From contig JTLS01000002.1 of the NCBI GenBank assembly GCA_000826855.1, positions 1 to 64,000 of the forward strand: 64,000 nucleotides of DNA, written 5' to 3'. The notes under the pieces were generated by a model. It did no database searches. It saw nothing but the letters and a program-made list of their open reading frames with translations, and had not been told where the DNA came from. Each line of letters starts with the position of its first letter. Position 1 is the first letter of the stretch. This DNA comes from Basidioascus undulatus (lineage: Eukaryota). This document shows positions 1-13,756 of the stretch, one piece after another. A program made the translations under genes and the position numbers.

Positions 1-8
1 GGACTCAC

Positions 9-1806
9 GCAGAAAAGATGGGCGTGACGCCCGTGAGCACAAAGGCGGCGGGAGGACGAGGGGCGTCGCGGCGGTGGGTGGGGACGGGGAGGGCGAGAGA
101 GTCGGGAACGCGTGCGCGTGCAGCGTCTCTTCGAGCTCTTCCACTTCGTCTTGTTCCGTCTCCTCCTCTCCGCGCGTCCCCAGCTCCTTCCGGAGGGGCG
201 TCCAGCTGCCCCCCTGCTCCATCATCTCCCGCCCAATCTCCTTCAGAACGTCCTCATCCGTCAGTAGCCCGGGGCCGAGGCGCGAGCTCCCCGGGCTCGC
301 GCCCGTCTGCGCGAGGACCGCCCGCCAGGAGAGGAGGCTCCCCTTGTCCGCGGGGCTGATGTGCATCCCGTGCGGCGTCTGGGGGGACAGCCCGGCCGCG
401 GGGGAGTCGAGCAGACGCGAGACGAAGGGCGTGAAGAATCGGTCTGAGGCGGGCGTGCGCGTGCGCTTGTCCGAGCAGACTGATTCGGGTGGGGAGGACG
501 GCGCCTCGGAGACGAGGTCCAGCGCTACGGCGGTGGGGTCCAGGAGGTCTGTCGCGCGCGGGGAGCGTGCGAGCGAGCGCGCGAGGAGCCCGTCGACGGA
601 GGACTTGCGCTGGAGCCCAGAGGGAACGCGCAGCGCCGAGGGCGTGGAGACGGAGGTGGAGGACGGGAGGTCTGCGCGGAGTGGGAAGGGCTTGATGGAT
701 GTTTGTGGGGTGTGGAACGTCTCGGGCGAGGAGTCCGCGGGGGCTGCTGACGCTGCTGCGGGGGCGCGCGTGGGGGGCGTCGCGGTCGCGAGGGTGCGGG
801 AGGCGAGGGTGGAGAGTGTGCGGGCGCGGAGGGAGGAGGACAAAGAGGAGGGCAGGATCTTGGTTGGGGATGGAGAGGCGGGCGGGCGCCTGGTCGTCGT
901 CCCGCCGCGTCGTACAGGCGCAGTCTTGGGAGAGTCGGTTGTGCCGGGAGTCGTTGTGGCCTTTGCAGCAGCGCTGGGTGTCCGCCTTCCCGCGTCCTTC
1001 GAGGTGGCCGACTCGCCCGACGCCGAGCGCGACCCGGGAGTCCTGCCCGCGACCACTTTGTCCTCCGAGATAGTGCGCATAGAGGGCGTCGAGCGGAGCG
1101 TCGCACCCGCCCCGCCGGCAGCGGGCGTCCCAGCCGCCCGGCGGGGTATCGAGGACGGGGGAGCAGCATTCGAGGGCGTCGCGAGGAACGGCCCAAAGTC
1201 GCTTCCTCCAGGCGCTGGCGCCGCGTCCGCCTTCGCGCGCTGCGTGCGCGACTTAAACGTCTTTGCAGGCGCCCTCGGGCTCTTAGCGCGTGAGGCCGAC
1301 GCCGAGCCAGCCGCGCCAGCCCGCCCCGCGCGACCGGACGGCGGCTTCGCGATGTCAGCCTCCGTGTCCGAGTTCTCATGCGGGCGCTTGAGTGGGCTCT
1401 TGCTCGGTGTGGACGCGGGTGCGCGGGACTTTGGCTTGAACTTGGGGAGCGCGGAGAGGAGGGTGGACTTGGAGGAGGAAGACGCAGGTGGTTTGGTCGG
1501 TTTGGGCGGGGACGCCGGCGCTGGAGTCCGCGTCTTGGAGCGGGTTGTAGGTGGTGATGGGGTGGGGGAGAGCGTGATGCGCGAAGAGGGGGAAGACCCG
1601 GCAGAAGCGGGAGAGGCAGACGCCGCTTTCTTGGCTCGCGCGAGGGAGGGCGAGGAGGGCTTGCTCGGCGATGCTCGCTGGTTCGCCACGTCTGAGAGGG
1701 CGGACGCGGAGCGGGAGGAAGGCGTGCGAGAGGCCGGCTGCTGCTTCTTGATCGGCGCCGCGGGGGAGACCGCCCCGGTGCGACGGTGCAGGGTGAAGGT
1801 GGGCAT
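9..1806 (-). CDS. Hypothetical Ser/Pro/Ala/Glu-rich protein, first exon; gene continues off the left edge
   Basis: ATG at 1806 (MPTFTLHRRTGAVSPAAPIKKQQ...). The frame read open wherever checked (e.g. ...GEEETEQDEVEELEETL...) down to a GTGAGT donor at position 8. The + strand ORF 74..1882 is its antisense shadow. No domain recognised. Confidence 0.7.
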
Positions 1807-2754
1807 CGTGCTGGCGGGCGGGGTCGGGGTTAAGAGGCAGTGTGCGGACGTTTGGACGAGGGAAGGCTCACAAGACGGCTGAGGCAGAGGCAAATCTCCC
1901 CAAGCGCACTGAGAAAGCGTGAAGGAAGTTGGTCAGTGTTTGCTCTGCAATGCGTGCATCGGGTCAAGAGCGTGGATGGCCTGCAGGCACTGGGACCAGA
2001 AGCTGGCCCTGCACCGTTAACAGGAAGATCGCATGCCAGTTCAAGACATTCGGTCCGTCATGACAGAGTTGTCTGTCCCTCCGGGTCCCTGAGGCGTAGA
2101 CCTCGCGTCCTCTCCAGCTCGCGTGCAGCGCTCGCTGCCACCTGCGCTCCCCAATTCCCCGCTCACCGCTCATCCTTGCGCAGGCCAAAGCATCCGAGAC
2201 CGGTTCATGAGCACTCACCTCAATCCGATGCGCAAATCCCACCGCCCCTTCGCTATACTGCGAACTTCGTCCAACACCGACACCGAGTGCCCGCGTTCAG
2301 GGTTCAGGGCCGCTCGTGCGATGCGATCCGGACGAAGCGCGACTGGGACTCGACCGAGCGTCGAGAAGAAAGATGAGTAGTAGTACGAGCAGGCCAGTTG
2401 ATTAACGTGAGGATGTGGGCCAAAATGAAGCAAATGAAGCCGAGGACAAGAGCGGGAAGGCGGCGAAGCGGAAGGTAAACACCCGTCGGGTGCCCCACTA
2501 GTGCGCGTAGACTGCTTCAGCTTGGACCACGATGCTGAGTCGGCAAATAAAACTTGGCTCGCCGGCACTGCACACCGGCCTCGCAATCGCATCGCGTCGC
2601 ACTCATCTCGCTATCTCGAGCTCGACCCTCGTCTTCGTCAATCTCCTCTAGACTCTCGTCTCCTTTCTTCGAGAAATACACGACACACGTACACTCAAAA
2701 GGGACCTACACCCCTCATCTCCCCAAGAGGACTCCCTAGGCAGCGGGGCCCGCG

Positions 2755-5700
2755 ATGCATCTCTACCTCTCGACCAACGCCGGCCCGCGCACGCTCCTCC
2801 TCCTCTCCCGCCCGCCGCCCGCAACAGGCGGGACGTCCAAGGCCCTCGTCCTCCGCGCCCCGGAGCGCAAGGGCAGCCTCCAGGCCATCGTAGAGCTCCT
2901 CGACGTCGACGAGATCGAGCTCCGCGAGTACCGTATCCTCGAGGCTGGGCGCGAGATCGGGGGCGTGCTGGGGCTGGTCGCTGTGGGGAACGGTGAGTGC
3001 GAAACGAACGATGTGATATAATAGAGAGGAACGAAGGGGGATGCTGATGTGTTTGTGAGGGCTGCACAGACATGTTCCTCGCCGTCATCGTCGCCTCTGT
3101 CCCCCTCCCGCCGCTCCTCCCCAACCAGCCCGTCCGCCGCATCCTCTCCGTCGCCTTCCACTCCCTCACAACATCCACGTTTGACACGCTCCCGATCGAC
3201 CCGCAAACCGGCTTCCCTCTGCCGCCCACAGCCGACCCCTCCGAGTACCAGCCCGACGGGCAGACCTACTACGCGACGACGTCGGTCGCGGGCGCGGGCG
3301 CGTACGAGCCGCACCCGTGCGCGGCGCTCCGAAAGCTCGTCGAGGCGGGGACGTTCTACTATGCTGATGGGCTCTGGGACATCACCACGCGCTTGGCGGA
3401 GCGCGTCAAGCGTAGGAAGCGCGGCGCCGAGGACTGGGAGGCCTGCGACGAGCGCTTCGTGTGGAACATGAGGCTGGCGGAGCCGCTGTTGGAGTGGAGG
3501 AAGGGACTGAGGGAGGAGGAGAGGAGGGTGTTTGATGAGTGTCGGTTCTTGGTGGGTTTCTTGCTATGATTTCCGGTGGGAATACGGCAGCTCATCGTTT
3601 CCTTCGGCGCACAGGTCCTCGCCATCCAAGGCGCAGTCATCGTCCACCCCCTCCCCTCCGCCGCCGCGGGCCCGGCGACCCTCGCTCTTATCAGCCGCCT
3701 CAGCTGGAAGCGCGCCGGCACGCGCTTCAACGCGCGCGGGATCGACGATGACGGGGAGGTCCGTCCTCCGCTGCAGCTTCTCCCTATCCCCCTCGCTCCC
3801 CGCTCAGTCTGATTGTTGGTCGACACCCCCGGCAGGTAGCGAACTTTGTCGAGGTCCGTTGTGCTCTCTGTTCTGGGATGGGGAATATATGTAGTGCGTT
3901 GTCGGCCCATGGATGCTTACTTCCTCGCCGTCTCGTATTTGCTTCATAGACCGAAACGCTCTTCAGCACGCCCTCCGTCGCGTTCAGCTACCTCCAAGTG
4001 CGAGGAAGCATTCCGCGTGCGTGTTCCCCCTCCCTCTCCCTAATCTTTCTCGTCCGGCCTGCATGCGCACATTGGCTGATTGCCCCGAGGAGTCATGGGC
4101 AGTCTTTTGGGAGCAGCAGGGCATGCAGGCGTTCGGGCAGAAGATCCAGATCGTAAGGCGGCTGCCTTGTACGTGGGCGAAGACACACTGGGGGCTGACT
4201 GCGAGCACCCGCGCATGGCAGACCCGACCGTACCTCGCCGCCCAGCCCGCGTTCGAGCGGCACTTCCTCGGTTTGCTCCTCCCCTCTCCTCCTCTGCCTC
4301 CCGTCCTCTTCTGACCCCTCGCTCCCTTTCCGCAGGTATCCTCGAGCTCTATCACGCGATCCACGTCCTAAACCTGCTCGGCCAAAAAGAGACCGAAGCC
4401 GTCCTCACCGCGTCCTACACACAGCACCTCTCCGCGCTCGCCCGCGGCGCCACGAGCACGAGCGACGTCTCGTTCGACAACCTCGACTTCCACGCTGTCG
4501 TGCGCATGCTCGGGCACGAGGGGCTCAAGGCGGAGCTGAGGCGGCTCGGTGGCGTGCGGAGCAGGGGGGAGGAGTTCGGTGCGTTTGGGGGTGCGGGAAG
4601 GGGAGTAGAGGGAGAGGCTTATGGGGAGAGAGGGGCGTAGGGTGGACTACGGTCGATTTGGAACGGCATGAAGTTGTGATGCGCCAGAACGGCGTGTTTA
4701 GGACTAACTGCCTTGACTGGTCCGTCTCCTCCCATCTCCATCTTCCCACCCTCGCTCATTCCCTCCCCGGTACAGCTTGGACCGCACGAACTTCGTCCAA
4801 GGCTTGCTCCCTCCCCTCCTCCCTTCCCTCTCGCGTCCCTAAATCCGGTCTTTCCCCGCAGACATCCTCTCCCGTTGGCACCTCGAGGATTTCCTGTCGT
4901 CCATCCACTCGCCGTGGGGGCGCGTCGACGCGCTCTGGGGCGCGCACCGCCACCTCTGGGCGGAGAACGGCGATGCGCTCTCGCGCATCTATGCTGGCAC
5001 GGGCGCGCTGAATACGTCGTACACCCGCACGGGGAGGAAGACGCTCGCTGGTGCATCCTCATCTCTTTCTCTTCGGAAGGGGGAAGCGAGGGTATGGCAG
5101 GGACGCTGATGCGGGACGGGTGGTGGGCGGACAGGCATGTTTTCGGATGCGACGAAGAGCATCTCGAGGGCTTATGTGAATAATGTGACGGACAAGAGCA
5201 AGCAGGTCGCGATCGACATGTTCCTCGTCCGTCTTCACGTTCCTCTACCTATTGCACCTCACCTTCTATCACACTCCAAACTAACCGACGCATGAGCAAC
5301 AGGGCAACCTCTCGTCCCAGCGCCCCGTGACGATCTTCGACCCCATCAACGACTCGATCCGCGCGGCGCTGCATGCCAAGTGAGTGCTCTCGGGCCGGGC
5401 CCAGAGGTGAAGGGGAGGTGAGGTGTTGATCGTGTGCGCGGGGTAGGCTGCCCGAATACTCCACCACGCGGAGGGTCAACGTCCTTGCGGGGACGTACAA
5501 CCTGAACGGGCAGGTCCCGACCGAGTCGCTCCTCCCCTGGCTGTTCCCCAATCCGAGTCCGTCCAGCTCTTCTTCTCCCTGCCTCCCGAAACCCATTCTG
5601 ACAATCATGCAACGTATCGCTCGCGCTAGGCGAACCCGAGCCAGACATCATCGCCCTCGCGTTCCAGGAGATCGTCCAGCTCACGCCGCAGCAGATCATG

Positions 5701-7614
5701 AACACAGACCCTGAAAAGCGGTGCGGGTCCCTTTCTCTCGTTAAAAAGAAAGCAGAGCAGGAAAGCTGAAGGGCGGATGGTTGATGATCAGACGAATATG
5801 GGAAAAGTTCATTTTGGACACGCTCGAGATGCGCGCGGACAAGAAGTCCGAGTATCTGATATTGCGGAGCGAGCAGGTGCGCGTTTTGGTTGAGCAGCGC
5901 ACGTGGTGCTGGCTGCTGATGAGAAGACTTGGTGTAGCTCGTCGGGCTCGCGCTCATCCTGCTCGTCAAGCAGGAACTGAGCAGCAAGATCCGTGTCGTG
6001 GAAGGGACGACCAAAAAGGTGCTTCTTCTTGATAGACTTGCTTACGGCTTGGGTAGCGCTGATGCGTTATGAGGTGGCAGACGGGGTTGAAAGGCATGTC
6101 CGGGAACAAGGGCGCAGCGTAAGTTTGTTTGAGGATATGGTGCAGCAAAGCGGCGATATGTGCTGATGTTTTTGGTCAATTGGGGGTTGGCAGCGGCATC
6201 CGGCTCCAATACGAGGACACGACGTTCTGCTTCCTTTCTGCGCACTTTGCCGCGGGCCACTCGAACATCGAGGAGCGCAACAACGACTACTGGACGATCT
6301 CGCAGGGCTTGCACTTTCTCAAGGGCAAGACGATCGACAGTCACGAGTGCGTCCATTTTTTTTCGGACCATGCTATCATCGGTGATCGTCCTGACAATAG
6401 CGCGCTGTGCAGCAACATCATCTGGTGCGGTGACTTCAACTACCGCATCGACCTCCCGTACGAGCGCGCGGTGGACCTCGCGCAGCGGGACGAGTATAGC
6501 GAGCTACACAAGCATGACCAGGTGCGTATGTCTGCTTCTCGGACCGTGTTGCGCGTGCGCGGCTGATCATGCTATCATGGGCCTGGCCTGGCCTGCGCAG
6601 CTTCAACGCGCTCGCGCGACGCGCGGCGTCTTCGCGGGGTACGAAGAGGCGCCGATGCGCTTCCGGCCTACGTATAGGTTCGATAACGGGACGGACACGT
6701 ATGATACGAGCGAAAAGCGGCGGATACCCGCTTGGACTGGTATGGTTCTACGTTTCACTGTCTGCTTTAAGTGGCGGGATCTTACGTGATTCTGCACAGA
6801 CCGGATTCTGTACCGCGGCGAGAACGTGAGGGTCGGCGAGTTTACATGGCCTGTTGTTGTTGACTGACGGGGCCCTGCCGCAGCTCGAGCTCAAGTGTTA
6901 CGCATCAGCCGATCTTCGCGCTTCCGACCATCGACCTGGTACGTCTCTCTCGACTGTCCCGCCCCTTCCGCGCGTCTGATGTGAACTCGGCGCGTTTGCC
7001 AGTATACGGCACACTCTCCGCCGAGATCCGCATCATCGACAAGGCCAAGAGAGAAGCACTTGCACGGCAACTGCACGACGACCTCGTCAAGACGCAGCCC
7101 GGCGAGGTCCTCGATGAGAAGCTCAAGCGTCTCGCACTCTCACATCAAGTGAATGGAGGTTCGTCCCATTGTTTGTAGTATATCTTGGGGTCGCCCTGAC
7201 ATTTTTTTCTTACAGCCGATCCCGCCCCTCAATGTGCGCTTCCTCTTATGACCAAAGTTGCATGCGAATCTGCATACTGATGCGCAGCTGCAGTACCCCC
7301 TCCAAGCGAGGATATCCAAAACTGGTGGTCTGGTCCAGGTATGTCTCACGCTTCCCCTTCCGCTTGCGGCCAACAGCTCGCTCACACTTCCGCTGGCGAG
7401 TGCAGATCGTTCCCCAGCCGCCCTGGTAGCCCGCGCGCTCGCCCGCCCGCCCGTCCTGTCCGACCCTTTCGACGACTCCGACGACGAATGGGACAAGCCG
7501 TCGTTGCCGTCCCCAACCGTGCCTGAGCAGCGGAGAAAGCCGCCAGCACCACCGATTCCCCTCGCGTCCAAGCCGGTTGTGCCCCGAAAGCCAGCAGGGT
7601 TGGCGGGGGTGTGA
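2755..7614 (+). CDS. Synaptojanin-like phosphoinositide phosphatase (Sac1 domain plus inositol 5-phosphatase; Inp52/Inp53/Syj1 type), multi-exon
   Basis: Sac1 motifs LISRLSWKRAGTRFNARGIDDDG, VANFVETE and spliced RTNCLDCLDRTN. 5-phosphatase motifs FQEIV, FCFLSAHFAAG, IIWCGDFNYRI, PTYRFD and PAWTDRIL. Pro-rich C-terminal tail. Confidence 0.95.
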
Positions 7615-8392
7615 GGGCTGGCGTTGATGATTTGATGCATTATTACCTATTGCGGATCAAGCCCGCGGAGCTGCTGCTTTCTCTGCTCGGATGCAACAAA
7701 GTATCGGTCGTGCTGAAAGTGCAGGGGCGTGACCGAAGAGCACGCCAGAAGTACCCCTCCATCAGTATGATCACTTTGTCCGAAAAGTTTTGCTCCACTC
7801 CGGATTTTCCTGTCGACGTTTTGACGTCCGGGGCGCACCACAGGACTAGTCGGTGAGTCTTCAGCGTATTTTCTGTGGAGCTTGCAGCTCGCGGGCTCGG
7901 AACTTGCATGAACGGCCATGGGCACCAAATGGAAGCTGGAAGCTGGACGCTGACAGGTATAGCCTCAGACTAAATTCTCACAAATGCCATATGTTGCATA
8001 CAGTACTGAAAGCCAAACGAAGTGTGCGTAGCAAGTCATCCGGGCGAGTGGCAATCCACTACTTGCCCAAGCAAGGTCAATGCGTCCCGTCGGCTCAAGT
8101 GGACAGGTAACACACCCGACCCGCTTCAGGTGGTGAGTAGGTACGAATAATTCTTAAAGGGGCCGTCCGCAGTACGTCGTACGAAGTGGGTGGGCTTGCC
8201 GCTTTGACTGCAGCGACTTGCACCTCCGCCAGCGTTGCAGCGGACTCAGCTGACCAGCAACCGCTCCGGTCCGAGTTCCTGTGACTTTGAGACATCCTGC
8301 AGGTATTTAACTGCCCCCTTGCCACCACAGGGTTCCTTTGTTCCCATTCTCAACATTTCCCGCCCCATCCGTCACAACAACAACTTGCCCAC

Positions 8393-9841
8393 ATGTCCGT
8401 CCCCTCCCTCGACAAAGTCATCGTTATCACGGGTGCAGGAAGCGGCTTCGGACGAGAGACTGCACGGGCTGCGGCACGGGATGGAGGTACAATTTCACGT
8501 AAGTTCTTCGGCGAGGTCTCACACTGATCGATACCCCATCAGCGCGTGTCGTCGTGGCAGACATCAGCGAGTCGGGCAAGGCGGTCGCGGAGGAGATCGT
8601 GCAAGCTGGAGGGAAGGCCATTTTCGTGAAAGCAGATGTGACCTCCCGCGTAGAGGTACCCTTGTTTTCCATGCGCTCCGAATACTAGGTGTCGCTGACG
8701 ATGTTCCACCCTCTCCAAGTGGGAAGCGCTCCTCAAAGCCACCATCGACGCTTTCGGAGAAGTGAATGCACTGGTCAACAATGGTCAGTCACCGGCGTGC
8801 GACCTCAACCGTCTTCTTGTATGCAAGCTAAGAGAATTTCTCTATCTGTAGCTGGCTGGAGCTACAGGAACAAGAAGACGTTGGAGGTATCCGAAGACGA
8901 GTTCGATCGCGTAAGCCGCTTCTTTCACACGTTGCTGCCGGGGAATCCCCGAGTCTTTCTCTCATTCCTGAGATATCCTTCTTGTTATTGCTCTGCAAAT
9001 TGTTAACGACTGGTTCTTTGACGAGCAGGTCTTCAATATTAACGTCAAGGTATACTAGACTGAAAGCAGTGGTTCTTCCCGACCTGAACCCGTTGCTTTC
9101 ACAGAGCATCTACCATTCAGTGAACGTGATTATTCCCCAGATGATCAAGCAGGGCAAAGGCGGGGCAGTCAGTGAGTGAAAACCATCTCCAGTCTCGACC
9201 GTTTCACAGGATTTACATCTGTGTGGACCGCGCTGGCAGTCAACATCAGCTCGATCAGCGCCCTTCGACCGGTGCGCGAGATTCCAAGAAGATATGACTA
9301 CAGTCCTGAATTTGATTCAACAGCGTCCGGGTCTCACTTGGTATGCAGCGACCAAGGGGGCAGTCACCACTGTAGGCATCTTTTGCTCGGCGTTGGACGC
9401 GGTGACCGCCATTTCTGAACCTCTGTGGGCCTGCTTCACAGGCGACCAAAGCCCTTGCGACGGACTACGTAGGTTACAGATCACAGAGAGAGACTGAAAG
9501 CCTTGAACGAAGAGTATCTTATTCAATTTCCATGACATTACAGGCACCGCACAACATCCGCTTCAACTGCGTATCGCCAGTGCTTTCGACAACTGGTCTG
9601 CTTAGCACGTTTACCGGCATGGAGGACACGCCGGAGAACAATGCAAAGTTCCTCGCCAACATTGTGAGTCAATTTTTGAAAAGAAGGGCCTGCGAAACCC
9701 ACACTGACAAGTCCGTTGTAGCCGCTCGGCCGCCTCGGGTCCCCAACCGACATCGCAGAGATGGTGGTCTTCCTTGCGAACGAGAAAGCGCAGTTCGTCA
9801 CCGGCGTTGACGTTGCAGTCGACGGGGGGAGGGGCATTTAA
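8393..9841 (+). CDS. Classical short-chain dehydrogenase/reductase (3-oxoacyl-ACP-reductase-like), about 11 exons
   Basis: [12 protein letters not shown] (TGxxxGxG), [28 protein letters not shown] (YxxxK), [15 protein letters not shown] and C-terminal [14 protein letters not shown]. Confidence 0.93.
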
Positions 9842-10144
9842 GAAACTGTGTTTGATGTATGTTAAACTTCTCGAGGCTGGACGGGATAGCGATTCTTCCA
9901 AACGGCGATCATGTATTGCGTTCGCGCAGATGTACCACTGATTGCAAAAGATTGTCACGTTTGCACGTGGAATGCCCAGTCAAAAGCAGGAGAGTTGGAC
10001 GAGTATTCTTTCCTTTCGCCGTCAAGCTATTCGCCACGACTAAAACCGCATGCAGCACCAATACACCCTGCGCTGGTTGTGGGTCAGGCTGACGACTGGG
10101 CATGCAAGGGGCCTCTATCCACAGTGCACGACGCTATCGCCGGA

Positions 10145-13100
10145 TCAAGCACCTCCCCCAGTGCCGAACCGCCTGCTCGCACCTTCCTTCACGCCCTCCC
10201 ATATCTTCCGCCGCGCATCTTGCAACCCCTTTCCGACGGTCTGCACCAGCTCGGCATTCAGATCCCCGCAGTCTGCCTTGAACTTTCCCTCGACCGCTAG
10301 CGCCGTTGCGGGAGGCTCGGAAATTTTGAGCAGAGTGGAGCGAGCCACGTCGAAAAGCGGTGCCGACGGCTACGCGATCGAAGAGGGGATATAGGTTTAG
10401 TTTCGTTTTGATGCGGTAAATTCAAGAAAGAGCTCACCGCTTTGCCCTTCTTTTTCTTGTTGGCGGACGGAGCGGGAACAGCAAGTTCGAGGAGAGCGTT
10501 TGCCTATTGCCGTGCTGATCAGTGTGTCGATGCAGCAGACGCCCATCGCGCGGAGGTGAAACCGACCTCGAACGCAGTTTGCGCAATATGCAATGCCTCC
10601 CACGGCAATGCTACAGATTTCTCCGACGTCGCGTTCTCGTATTCGCGCTCGAGCTCTACGTTGACGGCACATGAGCTTCCAGGCGACCGAGGACACGGCT
10701 GTTGGACACGGACGTACCCTTGAAGAATACCGCTGCAGCTTGCACGGTTGACTTGCGAGCTTCATCGTCAGTTGCTGCGTTGAATTGCACAAGCACGTGT
10801 GCAAAGTCGAAGAGTGCGGCTTCTTGCGGCGTGAGCTGGTGGAGCGGACCGCCGATCATTAGTCCATCAGCGTCTTAATCTCACGTGAGCGCCGGGATGG
10901 GCGGAACTTGCAAGCGTACCTCGGTCTTGAAAGCCTCGACTGCGGTCTCATTATCTGCGACCTGCGTGCTTCCCAGACTCGCGCCGAGCACGCCCTTGTA
11001 GATGAGCGCGAAGGCGCGAAGCCAATGACCCTGCGGCACATAGGCAGGTAAGCTGGGTTCTCCAAAAGAAAAAAAAAGGAGGACGGGATGTACAGCCTGC
11101 TTCGTTCCCATATCAGTTTGCGCGTCAACGCTGACGCCATGCGCTTGCCACTCGGGGATGAGCGAATAGTCGCGGTTGTCCGAAACGGCGCCTGGGTGCA
11201 ACCTTTGCTTAGCCAAAACGGATGTGAACAGGCCACAGTCGACCCACCATCTGAAAGATCCAGCTTTCGCAACTCAAGCAGCGCCTCGAGCGCCTCGTCT
11301 CCACTCAGCTTCTCCTTGACCGCCCGCATCCGGAGCGATTCGATACGGACAAGATGCCGCTGGAGCGAGTTGGCGATGCGGTCCGCGAAGGAGATGAAGT
11401 CCTCGAGCTATAGCGGACCATCAGCAACACCGTCCATATATTGCAAGAATTGCTGCGTGAGATACGCACCTGCGAGTACGCCTCTTTGTGGTAGGCCTTG
11501 ACGATCATCTCGGCGTTCTCCTTCTCGCCCATACCCCAGATGCCGCCGTTGCCAAGGCTCGGGAACGCGAGGAAGATCGAGTGGTCGCCGTCCGCGGCGG
11601 TGGAGAAGATCGAGGCGCGAGACAGAGCGAAGTGCGACAGGGTGTCTTGTTGGATGTTTTGGATGCGGAGAGAGCCGGAGTGGGCGAAAACGGGGGAAGG
11701 AGCAGCTGAATATTCCGCATGGATGGTAAGCTGATGAGCAGAAGCGTAGAAGGCTAGCGTAGACGGCGTAGAAGGCTAGCGTAGACGCACCGAGTAGCCG
11801 GTATATCCGGATGAGAAGGATTTTGAGGCGGTAGGAGGGGGTGCTTTGCGCGAGCGCGGACTCAAGGTGTACGAGCGCACGGTGGAGGTACTTGACGTCG
11901 TCTATCCCGCGAAAATCAGCTGAAGTCGTAGCGCTTGAGGAGGGCCATACGCACGAGATGTAGACCACGCAGAGATTAGGGCAAGACCGGCGAGGACAGC
12001 GAGGTCGTCAGCGGGCTGCAGCTCTGTTTCGGGCAAGTTCTTCCCTGTACGTGCGGGTACGGTGATCAGCAATGTTCATGGTGAATTTTGAAGTCTCAGC
12101 CAAGCGTACCATGCGGCAAGCCTTCGGCGTGCAGCTTCATGAACACCTCAGCCTTCTCACTTTCCTCCTCCGCGGTCCGCACGCCCTCGGCGAAACGCAG
12201 CAGCTTGTGCGCGTTGATGATGGTCTGCAGCGTGGGAGACTCGCCGGCGAAGACAGCACGGAAGTGCTCGAGAATGGGTGCGACCGGCTGCTGAGCGTCG
12301 AGGAGGTGCGCGAGATAGGGGCGGAGGTCCTCGTAGCAGACCGGCTTGGTGCCGAATGCCTTGAAGTAGGCGTTGATGAGCTCGTGAAGGCGGGTCGGGT
12401 CGGAGGCTGTTTATGGAGAGTATGGGACAGTCAACTCCTGAGATATCGACTTTTGACACTCGGGAAGACGAACGTGAAGAGGGCAGAACGCGCTCGAGCT
12501 CGAGCTGCGCGAGCAGGTGGCCGCGCTCGAGAGGGACCGCAGCTACTCGCGCTTCGAAGAGTGATCGAGCCGAAGAGGTCGCTTCCTCGGAAGACAGATG
12601 CTGCAGCGCGGAAATCAGAGAGAGGTGGTTGGCGTAGTTGACGGACCTGCGAGCCAAATATGAGCTCATGCCCGCGCTAGTTCCACGCGCCGGACTCACC
12701 CAGCCTCCAGCTCCTTCACAGCATCTTCCCGTAGCTCGTCCCAGCGCTTCGCGCGCTCCAAAACCTCCCGCCTGATCTCCTGCAGCGCCAGACTGGTCTT
12801 GACGACCTCGGCGACGCCCTCCTTCCCGAGCACCTGGCGCGCCTCTGTAAGGCTCGCGTGGTCGGCGGGAGCGTCGGGGGGCACTTGGGCGAGGAGGATG
12901 CGAAGGTGGAGGTGGAGTCGCTCGGGGTGGAGGGTTTGGGATGGTTGCGAGGAGATGAGGCGGGAGGGAAGGGTGAGAAGTAGGGAACGCTGCGCCTCGG
13001 GCGAATTGATGGCCTGCAGCGGAGGACGTCAGATGCGAAGTGAACTCAGAGGCAAAATATGCGCGCCTGGAGGTAGAGACCGGCAATGCCCCACCAGAGA

Positions 13101-13756
13101 TAGTTCCCTTCGTTATGCGCCTTGTGCATCTTCAGCGCGACCTGCCCAAAGTCGCCGTCCCTTTTCAGTCTGCTCGTCCTCCAACTCCGACTTCAAAAAG
13201 GACTCACCGCCTGAAGTGCCTTCCAATCCTTCACCCTCGCAAAGCCCATCACGGCGTGCGCCCCGAACTCCTCATTCGTGCCTTTACTCCGGTCCCACAG
13301 ATCCTTGTACAGCTTCGCGATCTCATCGACTGTGCCCCCGCCCGCCCGTCCCTTCACATCAGTCTCCAGCCCATTATCAGACAAGGGCGTCCCACCGCCT
13401 CACGCAAGCTTGCTCACACAGCCTAAGGTCCACGAGCGCCATCTGAAGCGCGCCGAGCACGCTGGCTTCCGCAGGTCGCTTCGCTGCGACCTTGAGTGCG
13501 ACGGGACGCGCCTCAGACGCGCGCCCGGAGCGAATGAGCGCGACACAGAGGAGCGCCTGCACGAGTGGATAGTCCGGCTGAGATTTAAGGAGCTTCTGCG
13601 CTGTCGCGGCCGCTGAACGGTAGGCACCCGAGTCGAGTGCGTCTGGGTGCCGCCATGCCGGCTAGCTGTGAGCCACTAAGGCATCATTTGATAGAAGCCT
13701 GACGCACCGTAAATTGGGCGTACTCGCCGTGATTCAAGAAGCGCTCTACCACTCAT
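10145..13756 (-). CDS. NAA25: NatB N-terminal acetyltransferase auxiliary subunit (NAA25/MDM20), multi-exon
   Basis: N-terminus ESRRVRPIY|DALDSG; ELINAYFKAFGTKPVCYEDLRPYL; LQPADDLAVLA; LESALAQSTPSYRLKILLIRIYRLLG; IKNIQQDTLSH. These match the family pattern. Confidence 0.88.
11744..11787. repeat. Perfect 22-bp tandem duplication in a NAA25 intron
   Basis: GCGTAGAAGGCTAGCGTAGACG twice, at 11744-11765 and 11766-11787. Confidence 0.95.

Noticed and set aside
74..1882. 602-aa plus-strand ORF
   Set aside because: Antisense shadow of the minus-strand gene starting at 1806; GC-rich coding DNA has few antisense stops.
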